From the NCBI GenBank assembly GCA_051294375.1, contig CM119271.1:1172721-1236720 (forward strand): 64,000 bases of DNA. Direction: 5' to 3'. Positions within the stretch are counted from its first letter, which is position 1; every line of letters begins with the position of its first letter. Position numbers and translations under genes: made by a program. The notes below the pieces were generated by a model. It was not told the origin of the DNA. It made no database searches and was given only the letters and a program-made list of their open reading frames with translations. Source of the stretch: Paraspadella gotoi. Taxonomy: Eukaryota > Animalia > Chaetognatha. Below, piece after piece: positions 25,489-39,000 of the stretch.

Positions 25489-28400
25489 TCACACCGGAAC
25501 TCCCTTCTTCGACTTGCCCCCCATTCCGACGCAGTCCTCCCGCTTCGGCAATGGCCGCAACGCGTTCGGGTTCCACATGCGAAGGTTGTTCAACGCTTTG
25601 TTCAAAACGTCGCACCACACGATGCGGTCCTGAGAAGAAAGATATAAAGATAATATTAATAGTAATATATTACATATAGGCCTATAAATATATTAAGAAT
25701 ATGGTATTGGATAACGAGGGTTTCTTAGTTTTGGCGTCACTTTTTGTTGCTTCCAAGATGTTTTGGATTTTGTTTTAGTTTTATTTTCACAGTTTTTTTG
25801 TTTGAATCTTCGTTTGGATTTTACTAACAACAGTCATGAAACTTTAATCTCTCTAGTTTCCCCCCCCCCTCTCCGCTCGGTCAAGAGACTCAAAATGTTT
25901 GGTTTATCCTGTCAACCTTCCCTCAAACCTCTTTCGTGTCCGCGGAGAGCATGTGCCGCTCGACCATAGAGTTGGCTCGATCGTGGCTCCGCTTCAGCAC
26001 GAGCGTTTCCGTCTCGCCGGGGCGACCGGGACGCATCGTCTCCAGAGCAAAGGTGTTGGGCCGAGCGCAGATTGTCGCGAGAGATGATGGTCACCGGAGA
26101 GGAGAGATGCAGTCAAGAAGGTCAATCGTTCCGATGGGAGGCTGTGGCGGGGGTGGGGGGGAAGGCGGGGAAGGCGAATGCTACGTGAACTCGATTTCCT
26201 GCGCTTTACAATTTTAAATAACTTATAAATAAATTTCAATTTCAATAGCGATCGAGACTCTCTCCGAGATAATCCCCGCTAACAAACCTTCTTATTCTCG
26301 TCATCGGGGTATTTCCAATAGGACAGCTTGTAGCCGGACAACACAATCCAGCGACGGTGCCAAGCCCCTGAGAGAAGATAGTCGAAACATTACTGAGCGA
26401 AAGATTTTCAAATATGTGAGCAAATAAAATTAGGACTTCATAGTCGCCCATGTTTTATTCCTCCGTCTACCGAAAAAGACTCGCAACCAAAACCGGATCA
26501 CGAAATCGGAGATGGAATCGCAGAAGCCTAAACTCACCCAATCCGGAGACGTCCTCGAACATGGTGAGGAATCCGCGCTCGACGACGTTGGCGTCCGTGT
26601 GACACTGAATCTTGACGTACAAGACGCCGCTTAACGGGTTCGAGTTTGAAACCTGAGGGGGAAAGAGATAGGAAGGGAAGAGACGGATAGAAATAGAGAA
26701 GAGAGTTATCGACCCTATCATCGTCTACAGAGATTTATTTCTAATCTATTAATCCCAAGAGTTGTGCGTACATTTTATAAGGAGGCAGGGAATAAGGAGA
26801 CGCTGTAGCTAGTCAGTTGAGAGTTGTACCGTCACCGTTCACAAAGAAACTTATAAAAACAATTTTTTTAGTGCTTCTTATGTCCTACCTCCTTTGCATC
26901 GATCCAATGGATTATCCCTCGTACCATTTGCTACAATATTACCAGAGGCGTATTGGAAAGACTTCATAAAAAGCGGGGATGATATTAACGATACATAATG
27001 ATCTAATTCCCGGCATGCGGTACTCACTCTCATATTTCTGACTAGATACATGCCCCTGTCGTCCAGAAATCTGGACAGTTGCGGGTTAGATGCCTGACGA
27101 AAGGTGGTTTCGGCGGAAAAAAAAAACAAAAAAAAAAACAACGAGATAAGGCGTCTCCATAAAAATAAAAAAGGTAAAACATAAGTCAACAGACACGCCG
27201 CCGAAGTCATTATGTTATGAAAATCCTAAATTTAAAAAGTGCGACCGAAATCCCAACACGCTCGTGCAAAATTCTTTGATCGCCCCGCCCAGAAAAAAAA
27301 GAAAATTGAGTCAGATTTCGCCAACCCCGAATCGAGACTAACTGTTCCCTCACCGCGAGCGCGAATTTGTCGTGGCAAAGCGACTTGGCGTTGATGGCGA
27401 CGGAGTCGAGGTGAGTGAAGGAGGTCGTCGAGACGGCGAAGGAATTGATCGGAGACTGATGACCAGAAGATTCGCTCGACGAACGGAACCCCAGCAGTTT
27501 GTTCTTTTTAGGGGTCTGGAAGGGGCGAAGAGAGAGAGAGGGGAAGATGGGGGGAGGGTAAACGCCTGTCATCTCAAACATCTTCAGAGGTGCTCTCCGA
27601 TGTTATTCGGAATATACACTGATAAATATCGAAATAAAATACCAATGAAGACCGAGAAAATGGACATCATGAACTAGTCTAATCTTCAAAAATTCGGGAA
27701 GGAATATAAAATCTTGTAAATAACGTAAATATTATAATAAACACCGATGGGGTTACCGAGATTACACCTCGACAAAAACCAGCTTCGTCCTAATTTATTC
27801 CTACCTTTTCATGTTTTCCGATTTTCTTCTTCTGTAAATTTGTTTAGTCAAAAGAGTTATTAAAGAAAGAATAAAAAACTAAGAAGGGGATAAAAAGAAA
27901 AGTGCAGAAAAAGTCTATAACTAAAACAACGGAGAACTGACCTTTGACTTTTTGGGGGAAGAGGAAGAGGAGCCGTGGCTCTGGGTTTTCTGCGCATGCG
28001 AACGCTTGGGGACTTCGAGGCCGTAAACGTCCACGCGCAACTCGAAATCTTTAAAAATACGTTTTTTTATATTAATTATATTAGGTAGAAACTATTGGCA
28101 ATTATAAAAAAATTTTCAAAATTTCATCTTTCTCACCAGGAGGAATGTCCCGAATCACCATTCGGTTGGAAAAGTAAAAGTGATCGCCGGAAATTCCGTC
28201 CACCGTCGAAAGCATTTGAGTGTGAATCAACTGCGGGCGGAAAAGGGAGAACCGTGGTAATCATACGAGAATCATAGTAATTATACGACTAAATATGTTT
28301 TGTGTGATCGTCTCTCGACCTGAGGTCCGTGCTTGATCATGCAGATGTAGTAATGGACGAAAGAGTCGAGCCCCTCGGATCGCATCTGCAAGAATCGAGG

Positions 28401-31400
28401 CTTCAACGGAAGGCGAATGTCGGAGATGGTGACGGTTCCGCGACAGGCTCCGAGCCCGGCGTTGGTGGTGTCCTAAGAAGAGAGAAAAAATAGAGAGGAA
28501 ATGAAATATAAATAAAAAAAAAGTAATTAAAAAAAACCCAATAATTTCGTACCCTAACCTGTCCCCAGCCCAGCGTCTTTAGCCGGCCAATCTCCTCCAA
28601 GCAGGCCTGGCGCTTTTGGCAGGCGAGGAGCAAGAGGCGATTGCATTCCACCATCTCGGTGGAACCGTGGAAATTTGGTCGTTGCAAGGCGGCGTTGAGA
28701 GCTTTGGAGGCTTGGGCGATGACCACTTGCTCAGACTGAACGGATTCCTGCAGCTCTTTGATCTTTTGTTGGGCGTTCTTGACCGGCTTGCTCGTCGACG
28801 CTTCCTCGCCGCTCTTGAGAGCGTAGAAGTGCTCACTCTCTCGAATGATGTGCGAGTCAAGGTAAGGGCGATCGTCGAGCTTTTTCCGTTGCATAGTACG
28901 ATATTCCTTTTTTTAAGGGCAAAAGCAGATGGTTAGAGGAGTATCAATGTAATTATAATAATTTGAAATTTAGAACAAAGTTTGAAGAGAGATTTAACAA
29001 CGATTTTTATTTCATAGTGAAACGGACATGTTTCGACTCACATACGAGTCTTCTTCAGCGCCAATTCAATTTGTCCGTTTCACTATGAAATAAAAATTGT
29101 TGTTAAATCTCTCTTCAAACTTTGTTCTAAATCAAATCACAACGAAACAGAAAGGAAAAAACACAATAATTTGAAAGTAACAAGCCTCTTCCATCTCACT
29201 TGAACGCTGTAAACGACGGGCTTTTCCGAGGATCCCTCCTGCAGGATGACGGCCTTTGAAGGCGTTTGTAAGGAAGAGGGCGGAGCGGAACGGAGACTCG
29301 ATTTGGTCGGGCTGCGATGACCGGTCACCCGGCTCTGGAGTCGGGATAGAATGACGAGAAGGTTTTTAAACTATGACTATGACCTTTAAAAACAACAACT
29401 CACGTTGGACGCCTGTTTCTTCAACGGCGGCGCCCCTTCCTCTTCCTCCTCCTCCTCTGTATCCTCCAATCCGTCGAAAGCGGCGTCGAGGAAATCGCTG
29501 ATGTTTTCGTCCGACTGGTGCGGCTGCTGCTGCAGCGTCGGCGCCCTGCCCGTCGTCACCGTCTCGTCTTCGGTTTCCTCGTCCTCGGTGTTCGTCGTCC
29601 CGTCGTACTCGTCGTCTTCCTCGTCGTCGTCGTACTCTTCCCGGTAGGAAGCGACGCTAGACCGCGCCTCTGAGGACGTCTCGTAAACGGAGGACATCTC
29701 GCTGCAGCCGGAGACGCCCGAGGCGCTGCTGGCGGTGGAGATTCTGTGAGAGGAGGGCGTTGGAGGATGATGGATTATTGCTAATGGACAAGTTGGTCAT
29801 TCACCCTCCCCATATCAGACCTGTGACCCTCCGCCAATCTATCCAAATGTCGGTCGCTCTTCCTCTTCCTCGGAGGCGGCACTGGCACTTCTTCGAAGAC
29901 GTCCTCGTCCGTCGACGCGTCCATCGCTTCGTCGTCTTCCCTCGGCGCCTGCTGCCGCACCTCCCGCTGTTCCGGCGGCTGCTGCCCCCGCGGCGGCGTA
30001 GATCCGGCGCTCTTCAAAGCCAGTTCCATCATGCGCGACTTGGACTTTGACGGCGACATTGACGCCGGAACGACGGCGCCGAAGCCGGGCGACGTCGGAA
30101 CGACCGTCGGCGGGGGAGCCGCGTTTTTTGGTGAGGTCGGTGCCGCCGCTACGTGCGGCGGCGGACTCTTCGGAGACGCCGGAGCAGGCTGCGTCGGCGG
30201 CGGAGGCGGTGCCGTCGGTTTAGGCGTGGAGACGGCCGCCGGCGGCGGGAAACCGTGTTGTTTCGTCAGAGTCGTCGTTTTTTTAGAGAAGATGCTGGAG
30301 GCGATGGATGGAGCCGGCGACGGGGCGGAAACGAAGGCTGAATAAATGCATTTTGAATAATCGAAGGTCGGGGATAAAAGAGAAGCCGTCAAAGAAATAT
30401 TCTGACCTTTTCTCGCAACGGGCGTTGTGCTTCCAACGGGAGGCGGCTTTGGCGGTTCCGTATTGGCGGAGACTTTTTCCCATCGATTTAAGAGGCTCTT
30501 CATATCTCGTCTCTTCTCCTCCTCCGCCTTCTTCGCTATCTCGCTCTCTTGCCATCCGCTGCTCAGTTTCGCCTCGAGATTCGCCTAAGGAAAAAAAAAA
30601 ACAAAGTAAAAATAAGTAACACGTACCAAGTAAGAAAACAAACAAACCAACGTCAAACAAAGAAGGTGCCCAGAAACAAATATATTATTTTTCATTGGAT
30701 ATCCGAAAACGCAATATTTAAACGTGGGCGCCCTCTACTTTGTTTTGTAATAACACTCGGAATTAAAAAAAAATTGATATTTATTATTCAACTTTTTTTT
30801 TCACCTGTAACGCTTTCATTTTTGGCGAGACGGGTTTTGTTGTGAGGCTTGTCTTTGGCGTCGGCGACGGCGCTCTCGCCAAGACGGTCGACCGCGGCGG
30901 AGACCGGAATACGCCGCCCGGTTGACTCGTGGGCGTGGCTTTGGAGGGAGAGTCGGGAACGCGCGGCGGCTTGTTGGGGGGCACTTCGGTGGAGGAGAAC
31001 TCCTTGGGGTGAATAAGATTTGATTTAAAATATATTTGAACAAGCAGCGGGAGAATGTTAAAAACGTCGCAGAACCTTAACGACGGGAGCAACGGGTTTG
31101 GGGCCAAACTGAAAGGCCTTTCCTTCGGCCTTTGTCGAGGATCCTCCGGAGAGGCGGCGTTGGATCCGCGGGACGGGAGACTCGAACGGATTCGGCTTCG
31201 GCACCGACGATGGCTTAGATCTACCGGAGGGGTGGTTGGCGCGCGGAGAGGCGCCGCCATCGTCATCCCAAGAGTTGATCTTGGCCGCTAGATGGGCAAA
31301 GCGACCGCCTTGAGACGGAGTCTGAAAAGAAAAAGGGTCCAGTGGAATATACATCAAAGGCTTTAAAGATAATCTCGTGCATACTTCAGAGTCACACCAA

Positions 31401-32444
31401 CAAAAACGTTCCCACCAAACCTTGAGCTGAGGTTGTCCCCGATTTGGCGGCGCCTCGTCCTCGGCTAAGATGGCGGTGACGGCGTTGTCCCAATCGTCGC
31501 GATTTGCCGCAAGTTGCTGCATTCGTGATTTGACCGAAGAGATGGCTGGAGTGTCGGGCTTAAGCTCGTTCTCCTGTCGGGCGATAGGGTAAAGAGGTAA
31601 TTGTCCAAATAAAATTGACCAAAGAAAAAGGTGAACTTATTCTTGAGATCTAAACCGGGACAACCTACCTTTTCAAATTTTGCCTTGGTAGGACTTCCTA
31701 GCGACGGAGGCTTAGATGGTCTTTCCGGAGTGACGACACTTCTCGGCGCCGGAATCGGGCGCGACGGCGAGGAAGGCGCCGGTTTTTCCGGAACTACTTC
31801 CTAAAAAATAAAGAGTTTGATTTTCCTTTCGTTTTAAGATTGTTTTGAGATTAGCAAAGAGATCTGTTTTAACGCAACAACGACTTTATTTAAGATAAAA
31901 CAGACATGTTTCGACACCGATTCGAGCCTTCATTAAATGCGCTGATAAAGACTCGAATCATGTCTGTTTTATCTTAAATAAAGTCATTGTTGCGTTAAAA
32001 CAAATTTCTTTGCTAATATAAAGAGTAAAATCAATCGAAGGAACTTAATCTCGATCAATATAAGAGCTTCGATCGCGTAGGTTGCACGTGAGCTGTCTCT
32101 GTTCGTGATATTGCTAACGTCGATGGTATTTTCGCAAAAAAAAGAGAGATCTACTCACCGAAGTCTGGGAAGTGTTGGATGGAGGCACGACCTGAAGGAT
32201 TGACTTGGGCGTCGTCGACGACTTGGACGGGGACAACTCTTCCACGAGTTTGGCGGCGGCAGAAGATTCGATTGACTCTGGATGCGCGAATACAAGAGGA
32301 ATCGATACAATGTAATATTAATCATTTTTATTCGCAAACCCTTTACTCACCAGAGACTTTCCCGCCGGAATCCTGCAGCTTCTTCTGCAGGTTTTCGCGC
32401 CTGAGGCGGGTTCGCTCCAAGAGTTTTTGAGTGAACGGATCCAT
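25489..32444 (-). CDS. ANLN: Anillin (actin/myosin/septin-binding cytokinesis scaffold), ~19 exons
   Basis: N-terminus [22 protein letters not shown]; [15 protein letters not shown]; anillin-homology region [30 protein letters not shown]; C2-like [13 protein letters not shown]; PH domain [47 protein letters not shown]; stop at 25489-25491. Confidence 0.93.
28968..29132. mobile_element. Palindromic element, copy 1 (anillin intron), carrying the hammerhead motif
   Basis: ~58-bp near-perfect inverted arms tagaacaaagtttgaagagagatttaacaacgatttttatttcatagtgaaacggaca. Confidence 0.8.
29021..29062 (-). ncRNA. Candidate minimal type I hammerhead ribozyme (Penelope-like element type)
   Basis: Minus strand reads ggcg-CUGAAGA-a-GACUC-guaugu-GAGUC-GAAAC-AU-GUC-cguu: conserved core, 5-bp stem II, palindromic ACAUGU stem III, GUC cleavage triplet, and a weak stem I. 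Confidence 0.6.
31851..32017. mobile_element. Related palindromic element with a degenerate hammerhead-like centre (anillin intron)
   Basis: Inverted arms ttagcaaaga..gttttaacgcaacaacgactttatttaagataaaacagacatg; centre contains gacatgtttcgac and gcgctgataaagactcg. Confidence 0.7.
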
Positions 32445-33053
32445 GGTTTTCTTTTCGTCTTTTTTAGTTCGCGATGGTCTTACAGTTTCTCTCTCTAAGT
32501 CACAAAAACCATTTCAGTTTTTTCCCATCAATGATCTGTAAAGACTGCAGCACGAAAAAGAGACTCTTTATAAAGAATACGAAATATTTTTTTAATAATA
32601 CTAAATTTAGGAACGGATAAAGATATGTATCCGATTTTCCCGAGGGTCAACTTAATAGGCCCTTCAAAGTTGACGAATTCGTGTCATTAAAAAGCGAATC
32701 GATTAGCGTGCTGCCAAATTTTCATCTTCCTAATATAAAAAATAAAATAAGTAAGTCAACCGACCATAACGAAGGATTGATCCGTTAAAAAAAACAGAAT
32801 ATAAATCAAGCGATAGATATGACAGTAAAAATAAGGTTCCGAAGTCTTTTATAACATTAATTTTGATGAAAATCAACGATCAAAAAAACATTAAAATCAC
32901 AGAGTCCAAACGTGATATTTGGAATGCTTTTAACCCTCCCTCCCCCATCCCTGGCCATCGACACTTCGATCAAAAATTGAAATAAAAAACGAGTAAGGCG
33001 AAGCGAAATTTTGTCTCGTTTCTCCGGTTTCCTTAAGTTTCTTCAGCCCACAT

Positions 33054-36000
33054 CTACTTCTTCCTAGTCGCTCTCGTGGGTCGAACCCTCTTGTCTTTCT
33101 TTTCGATGTCGCCGATGAACCCGGATGGGCCCCAACTGCGGTCCACGGCTTCCGACTCGTCGGCGACGCGAACCACCGAGTCGTTGCAAGGTTCTTGGGT
33201 GGCGAGGTAGAGGCGGCGACGGGGCTGCTGACAGAGGAGTTGGGAAGAAGTTTTATCGGGGGTTAGGCTAAGTTTTACGTATTATCAATAGATGTGGAAA
33301 GATAATAAACCAATGACAGTTGGAATAACCTACTGCTATATGCAAAGGAGATTGATGAACTTAATCTCAATTAACAATATGTTAAGAAACTCAATACTCA
33401 ACCGACGGTGAACTTACTCTGTTTGAAGCTTTGTCGGCCTCGTCGCTGCCGTCGCTCGTCGGGTCGGAGTCCGACGGTTTCGTCTTCTTCTTCGTCGACT
33501 TTTTGGTCGAACGCGGAATCTCTGCTCTTTTCTTTTTCTTATTCTCTTTAAATTCGTCGCCGCCTTCGACGTGCTCATCCTCATCCTCTTCGACGACCAA
33601 CGCCCGCGGAGGTTTGGCCGGCGGCGACACCGACTCCTGGGTGGACTCGTCCTCGATGGCGGCGACGGCGGCGCGGGTTCGCGTCCGGGTCGAACTGCGC
33701 GTCGCGCTCTGAGAAAAGGTTGTCGGAAAAAAAAAGGGGGGGCATATGATAAAGCTATTGTAATCGGACACACTGTAAACCTCTTTTTTCCAGAGTAATC
33801 CGTCAACTTATGTCTACACCCAAGGACAAAGATAATCAGGAATCGATTATCAATCCTAGACCCGTCTGTTTACAAACACAATTCAGAAATAAACGCTTTA
33901 CCGCAAAAACCAAGTCCCCCCCCAAATTTTTAAATCTTACCATCGGCGGCGCCGTGGCGGTCTTGCGTCGCTTGGGTTCCGTCGACTGCGGCGCCGCGAT
34001 CTCTTCGCCCTTGAAGTGGGACGACTTGGAAGGGCGCGTGGAATCGCTCATTTCACCGCTCTTCCGCTTCTTGGCTGGAAGTCGGGGAGAAGAACGAAGG
34101 TTAATTATCATACTATCTAGGAAAAAAGTATATCACATTTTTAGTCGAGGATATCTACTAAAAAACTTTTTTGAAAAATATAGTTTCAGAATATTTCCGA
34201 ATCTACATTAAATTATTTTTTAATAACTTCCTTCCATTTTTCGATAGGTCAAATCGTTTAAAAGTTACAGGCAAAAAAAAATCGCTACTTTCAATTGAAA
34301 ATAGCAAAAAAAATTTTCTATTTTTTTACCATTTTTGGTATTTAATTATTTTTTTATTTTAAATAGAATTGGTTATTTTTTTTTAATTTGGCAATGCTAA
34401 AGGCATTGCACCTCTTTTTTATTCAAAAAAGTATGTTTATGATACTTAAAAAGACGCGCAACATCAACATCGAGGCTGAAAAGAATTGCATTAAAAATAT
34501 GGAAAAAACTTTCACTGTTATACCTCAATTCGCTGTACGAGAGTATGACTGGACAAATACAGGCAGTGGTCAATGCCGAAAGAAAGCATAATAAATATAA
34601 AAAAATTAAAAATAGTTTACCCATATTTTAAATATTTTTTATTAAATAAATGAACTTTTCAATAATTATGTGATATACTTTTTTCCGAGATTATACAAAC
34701 GAAGGGAAAGAGAGACGAGCCTTGCCGTTCCGCTCATTAAAGATTCAATACAAACCGTGATCCAAATGTTTAGGTGTGTTGAAGGCCATAGCATCCGAGT
34801 CGCTGGATAGGGAGAGGAAATCGTCTTCCACGTTTTCCGCCACAAAAACTTTTTTCTTGACGGGTTTCGGCGTCGACTTTGGTCGATCGCTGAAGACGGG
34901 TGGGGGCAGGGGGTGAGGAAAAGATTAAATTAAATCAAAATCTAAACTAAAATAAGGTGAATCTGAAATTTTGACCGCTACCTTAGAATCACAAGTTATC
35001 ATAGCCATTTGGCTTCGACCCTCAAATTTATCACAACAAACCCAAGGCATTTTTTAAAAAAATATAGTAATTTAAATTTAAAATATACTAACTCGTGTTC
35101 CTGTCTCTTCAATTGCTGCTTCAGCTCCTTGATCTTGTTGTCCTTATCCTTGATGAGCGTCCCCAACTGATCGACGATCTCGTCTCTGCTTTTCTTGAAT
35201 TCGTTCAACTTGTCCGCCCCTTTGATGATCTCTCCGTTGAGCCGCTCCGACTCGGACGCCTTCGCCATCTCCAGCATTTTCAGTTCCTGTCGGGCGGCGA
35301 CGAGAGCGTCTTCTTTGTCGGACATGCGCTTGTCGCAGGCCACCTGGGGAAAGGAGAAGATCAAATTCTCATAGATTATTGGTCCGGAAAACGTGGAATA
35401 ATTTTCAAAAATTCAAAAATCGTTGATACCTTGTAGGCTTTGAGCGATTCGACTTCGGCTTCCAGTCTTCGGAGTTCAGGTCCTTTGTCATCGGCGACTT
35501 TCATCGAAGCGACTTGGTTCCGAATTTCAATCACCTGAAACGCCATTAAAATTGACTTCAAATTTTAAAAGACATTTGATAACAAATGTGTGAGCAAGAG
35601 ATGAAAGAATCAAAAACCCACCTGACTCTCCAAGATTGAAACTTGCTCCTCGTATTGGCTCTTCTCGCCGGCGACCAACTGCAAGTCTTGCTCCTTGAGT
35701 TCCAACTCTCGCTCCAACTCAGTCACCCGGTCGAGACTCCGCTGGTTTTCCGATTGGAGGCTGCGTTCGCTGGAGCGAAGTTCGGTTACTTCTCGCTCCA
35801 AATCAGTCAAGCGTTCGACGGAATTAGCGGATGTGGATTCCCTCTCCAGTTCGGCCAAACGGTCGTTGGCGCGGAGGTTTTCCAGGCGACGAGAGTCGGC
35901 GAGCGACTTGGCCTCTTCGAGAGCCTTTCGATCGCGAGAGAGCTCCGATCGTAGATCCTCCATGGCGGTTTCTTTGAGCTTAATTTCTCGCTGTTAAACG

Positions 36001-39000
36001 TGAGGAGACGAAATAATTAAAACGGCGATAGAAAGAAAATAAAATTGAAAGTTGTCCTCACCTTAAGCTCTTCAACAATCTTCCGCTGAACCTCCTTCTC
36101 CGCTTGAAGATTCGCCTTGATAGACTCAGTCTCTAGCTTGAGTCGGTCGCATTCAGTTTCCTTGTTCTTAAGCACCTTGTCGAGCTCCTGCATGGCCAAC
36201 TCTTGCTCCTCCATGAGTTTCCGGTAGCTGTCCTGAGAAGAATCGATGTAGGTGGTCTTGGCGTCTTCGAATTTGTCTTTCTCCTCGGCCAGTTTGGTCT
36301 CGGTCACTTCCAACTCCTTCGTCTTGAGCAGAAGATCGGCCTCAAGGGCGGCGAGGCGTTGAGTCGAAGCTTCGGCCTCGGCGCGAACTTGCGCCAACTC
36401 GCCGCCGAGAGTGTTGATTCGATCGATGAGGTCTTTTTCTTTGTCCGAAGCGACAGAGATTTGTTGGGTGGCGGAGTTTAGCTGAAGTTAAAAGATGTTT
36501 AAATACGAAATCTACTACGAGTAATAATATTAATTATTAGAATAATAATAATTATTAGAATAATAATAATTATTAGAATAATAATAATTATTAGAATAAT
36601 TACTACATTATTTATTACTTTATTTAAAATAGCTTTTCTCTCACCCGAATCTCCAAATCCTCCGCCTTCTCTTTCGTCGCCCTCGCTTCCGCTTCCGCCT
36701 TCTCCTTATCCACCCTAGCGCCAGCCTCGGCCTTGGCCCGCACGCCCGCCTCGACCCGAAGACGGGCCAGGTCGTCCTCGGCCGACTCCACCTTTTTACG
36801 CTCGGTCGCCAGAGACGAACGTAAAGCGGCCACCTCCTCCTGTTGACTTCGGAAGAGGGCGTCGCTGGCGGATTTGGCGACGAGCTGGGACTTGAGGGAT
36901 TCCATCTCGACGGAACTCTTCTTATCTTTCATGGAGGCTTCGTTGTTGGCTTGAGTCAATTCCGCAATCTAAAGTAATGATAAAGATGCATAACTATCAA
37001 CTAATAATTATTTAAAATAATCTTCAATAACGTTAATACAATTTTAAAAACTATTTAAATTAAAAAAAACCCACCGACCTCTCGAAAAAAAAGATTACCT
37101 TGCTCTTCAGATCCTCGACTTCTTTACGCGTGGAAAAGTTATCGAACTGCTTTTTCGAGTTTTCCGATTGCAGCTTCTTCAAGTGTTGATGCTGCTCTTC
37201 GAACTTTTTCTTTTCCCGCGCGAGTTCCTCCCGCGCGACGTCGGCGTCTTCGCCGGTCGACTCTAACTTCGCCTTCAACGACTCCACCTGCTCGTCGTAG
37301 CGTCGAATCACAGCGTTCATCTCCGCTTCGACGCCCTTGAGTTGAGTCTGGAGGGCGGCGGATTCCCGGTCAGTCTCCGCTCGTCGGGCGGCGTCGTCCG
37401 CGTTAGATTTGCTCAACTCTGCGACCTTAAAAAGATGAAACGAAGAAAAGTCTCGAGTTTGTTTTACTAATAATTAATAAAACTAACAAACAATTATATT
37501 TTAAGAAGCGGCCATACTAATAATGTCACCTCCTTACCTTCTCTTCTAGCTCACGAATCTTTTTCCTCTCTTCCTCTTCTTCCTTCTTCCTCTTCTCATC
37601 CTCCTCTCTTATCTCCTCCTCCCTCTTCCGCCGCTGCTCCTTCTCTCTCTCCAACTCCTCCTTCGCCTCCTTCAACTCTTTCGTCCGCTCCCCCATCGCT
37701 CCTTGTCGAGACTCATCCTCCGTCTTTCTCCGCTCCTCCGTCTCTCCCTCTCGCCGGTGCGCCTCGTCGAGAGCGGCGCCGAGTTCTTCGTTGACGCGCT
37801 TCTCCGCGGCGAGTTCGGCGCGGAGTCTCGAGGCTTCCTCGCGACATCGCTCGGCCTCGGCCGTCTCCGCGTCGAGCCGATCGCGCGTCGACTTGGATTC
37901 GCCTTCGCGCGCAGAGAGGCGCTCCTTGAGAGCGACCAACTCTTTCTTCAACGCGTCCGTGACTTTGAGCTCGTGAGCGTGAGCGTCGGCCTGCGACTTT
38001 TTCAGTTGTGATTTGAGGGATCTTATCTCGAGAAGGCGTTCCTTGTCCTGATCCTTGGCGGATTCTACGGTTTTTAGACAGGCGGTAACCTGAAGGTCAA
38101 AAAAGGAAATGAGCCTATTTATCAAAATCGCAACAAGTAACACGGATTTTTTAAACCAATTATATCACTTTAAATTCGCCCGTGAGCCACTGACACAAAT
38201 TAAAAATTCATACGTATTACGTAACCTTCCAATCATTAAGAAAATTTTATCATACCTTATAACAAAACAATCATTGACGTTTTTAAAATGTTTGAAATGT
38301 TGAAAACATTAAAATATATAGGTTTAAAACATGCTTCAAATGCCTTCCAAACATGTTGCTATGAACTCGGCATCGCTAAAAAAATTCTCTAACATCAAAC
38401 AATTTTTTTTCAAAAGATGATTCGGTTTTTTACCCATACAAAGTTTTAACACTACAAATAATCCAGATTTCTGTTGCAAGACCTCATTCGTGAGAAATTA
38501 CTAAAAAATTTTTATATGTTGAAAGTTCAAAACAAACGCGTTACTCAACCTCTGCTTGACCTGATTCTTTTTGTAAGAAAAAATTGATGCAGTTGATGTA
38601 GTACTGTATTGGTTACAGTATTTTATTGAAATTACTTATCTTTAAAAAAAAGTTACTATTAGCCACAGCTGCTTTTTTTACTTTTCTAGGATAAACATAC
38701 GGATAGGCATCTTCTGAACCATCACTTTGGCCCAGATCATGATGCTTATGCCAAGCTGCTGATTTGGCTTGCGTAAAGGCTGCAGAATCAATTTCTTCTG
38801 TAGAAAGTGAATGCGTTTTTGGACCTTGTAAAGGTAAAACGAATCCGAAATATTTATATTGTAATCTTTGATTCTGAATTAAAAATGATTCATTGCGCTT
38901 GATCTTTAAGAAATGCGATGAGCCATCAATTTAACGATTTTGACATCATGATCATTGCAAAAAAATTGATGTCCAGTTTCAATTGATTCAAATAAAATTC

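Noticed and set aside
26091-26093. TGA as selenocysteine or readthrough in anillin
   Set aside because: Flanking residues fit anillin better in the shifted frame; no SECIS evident.
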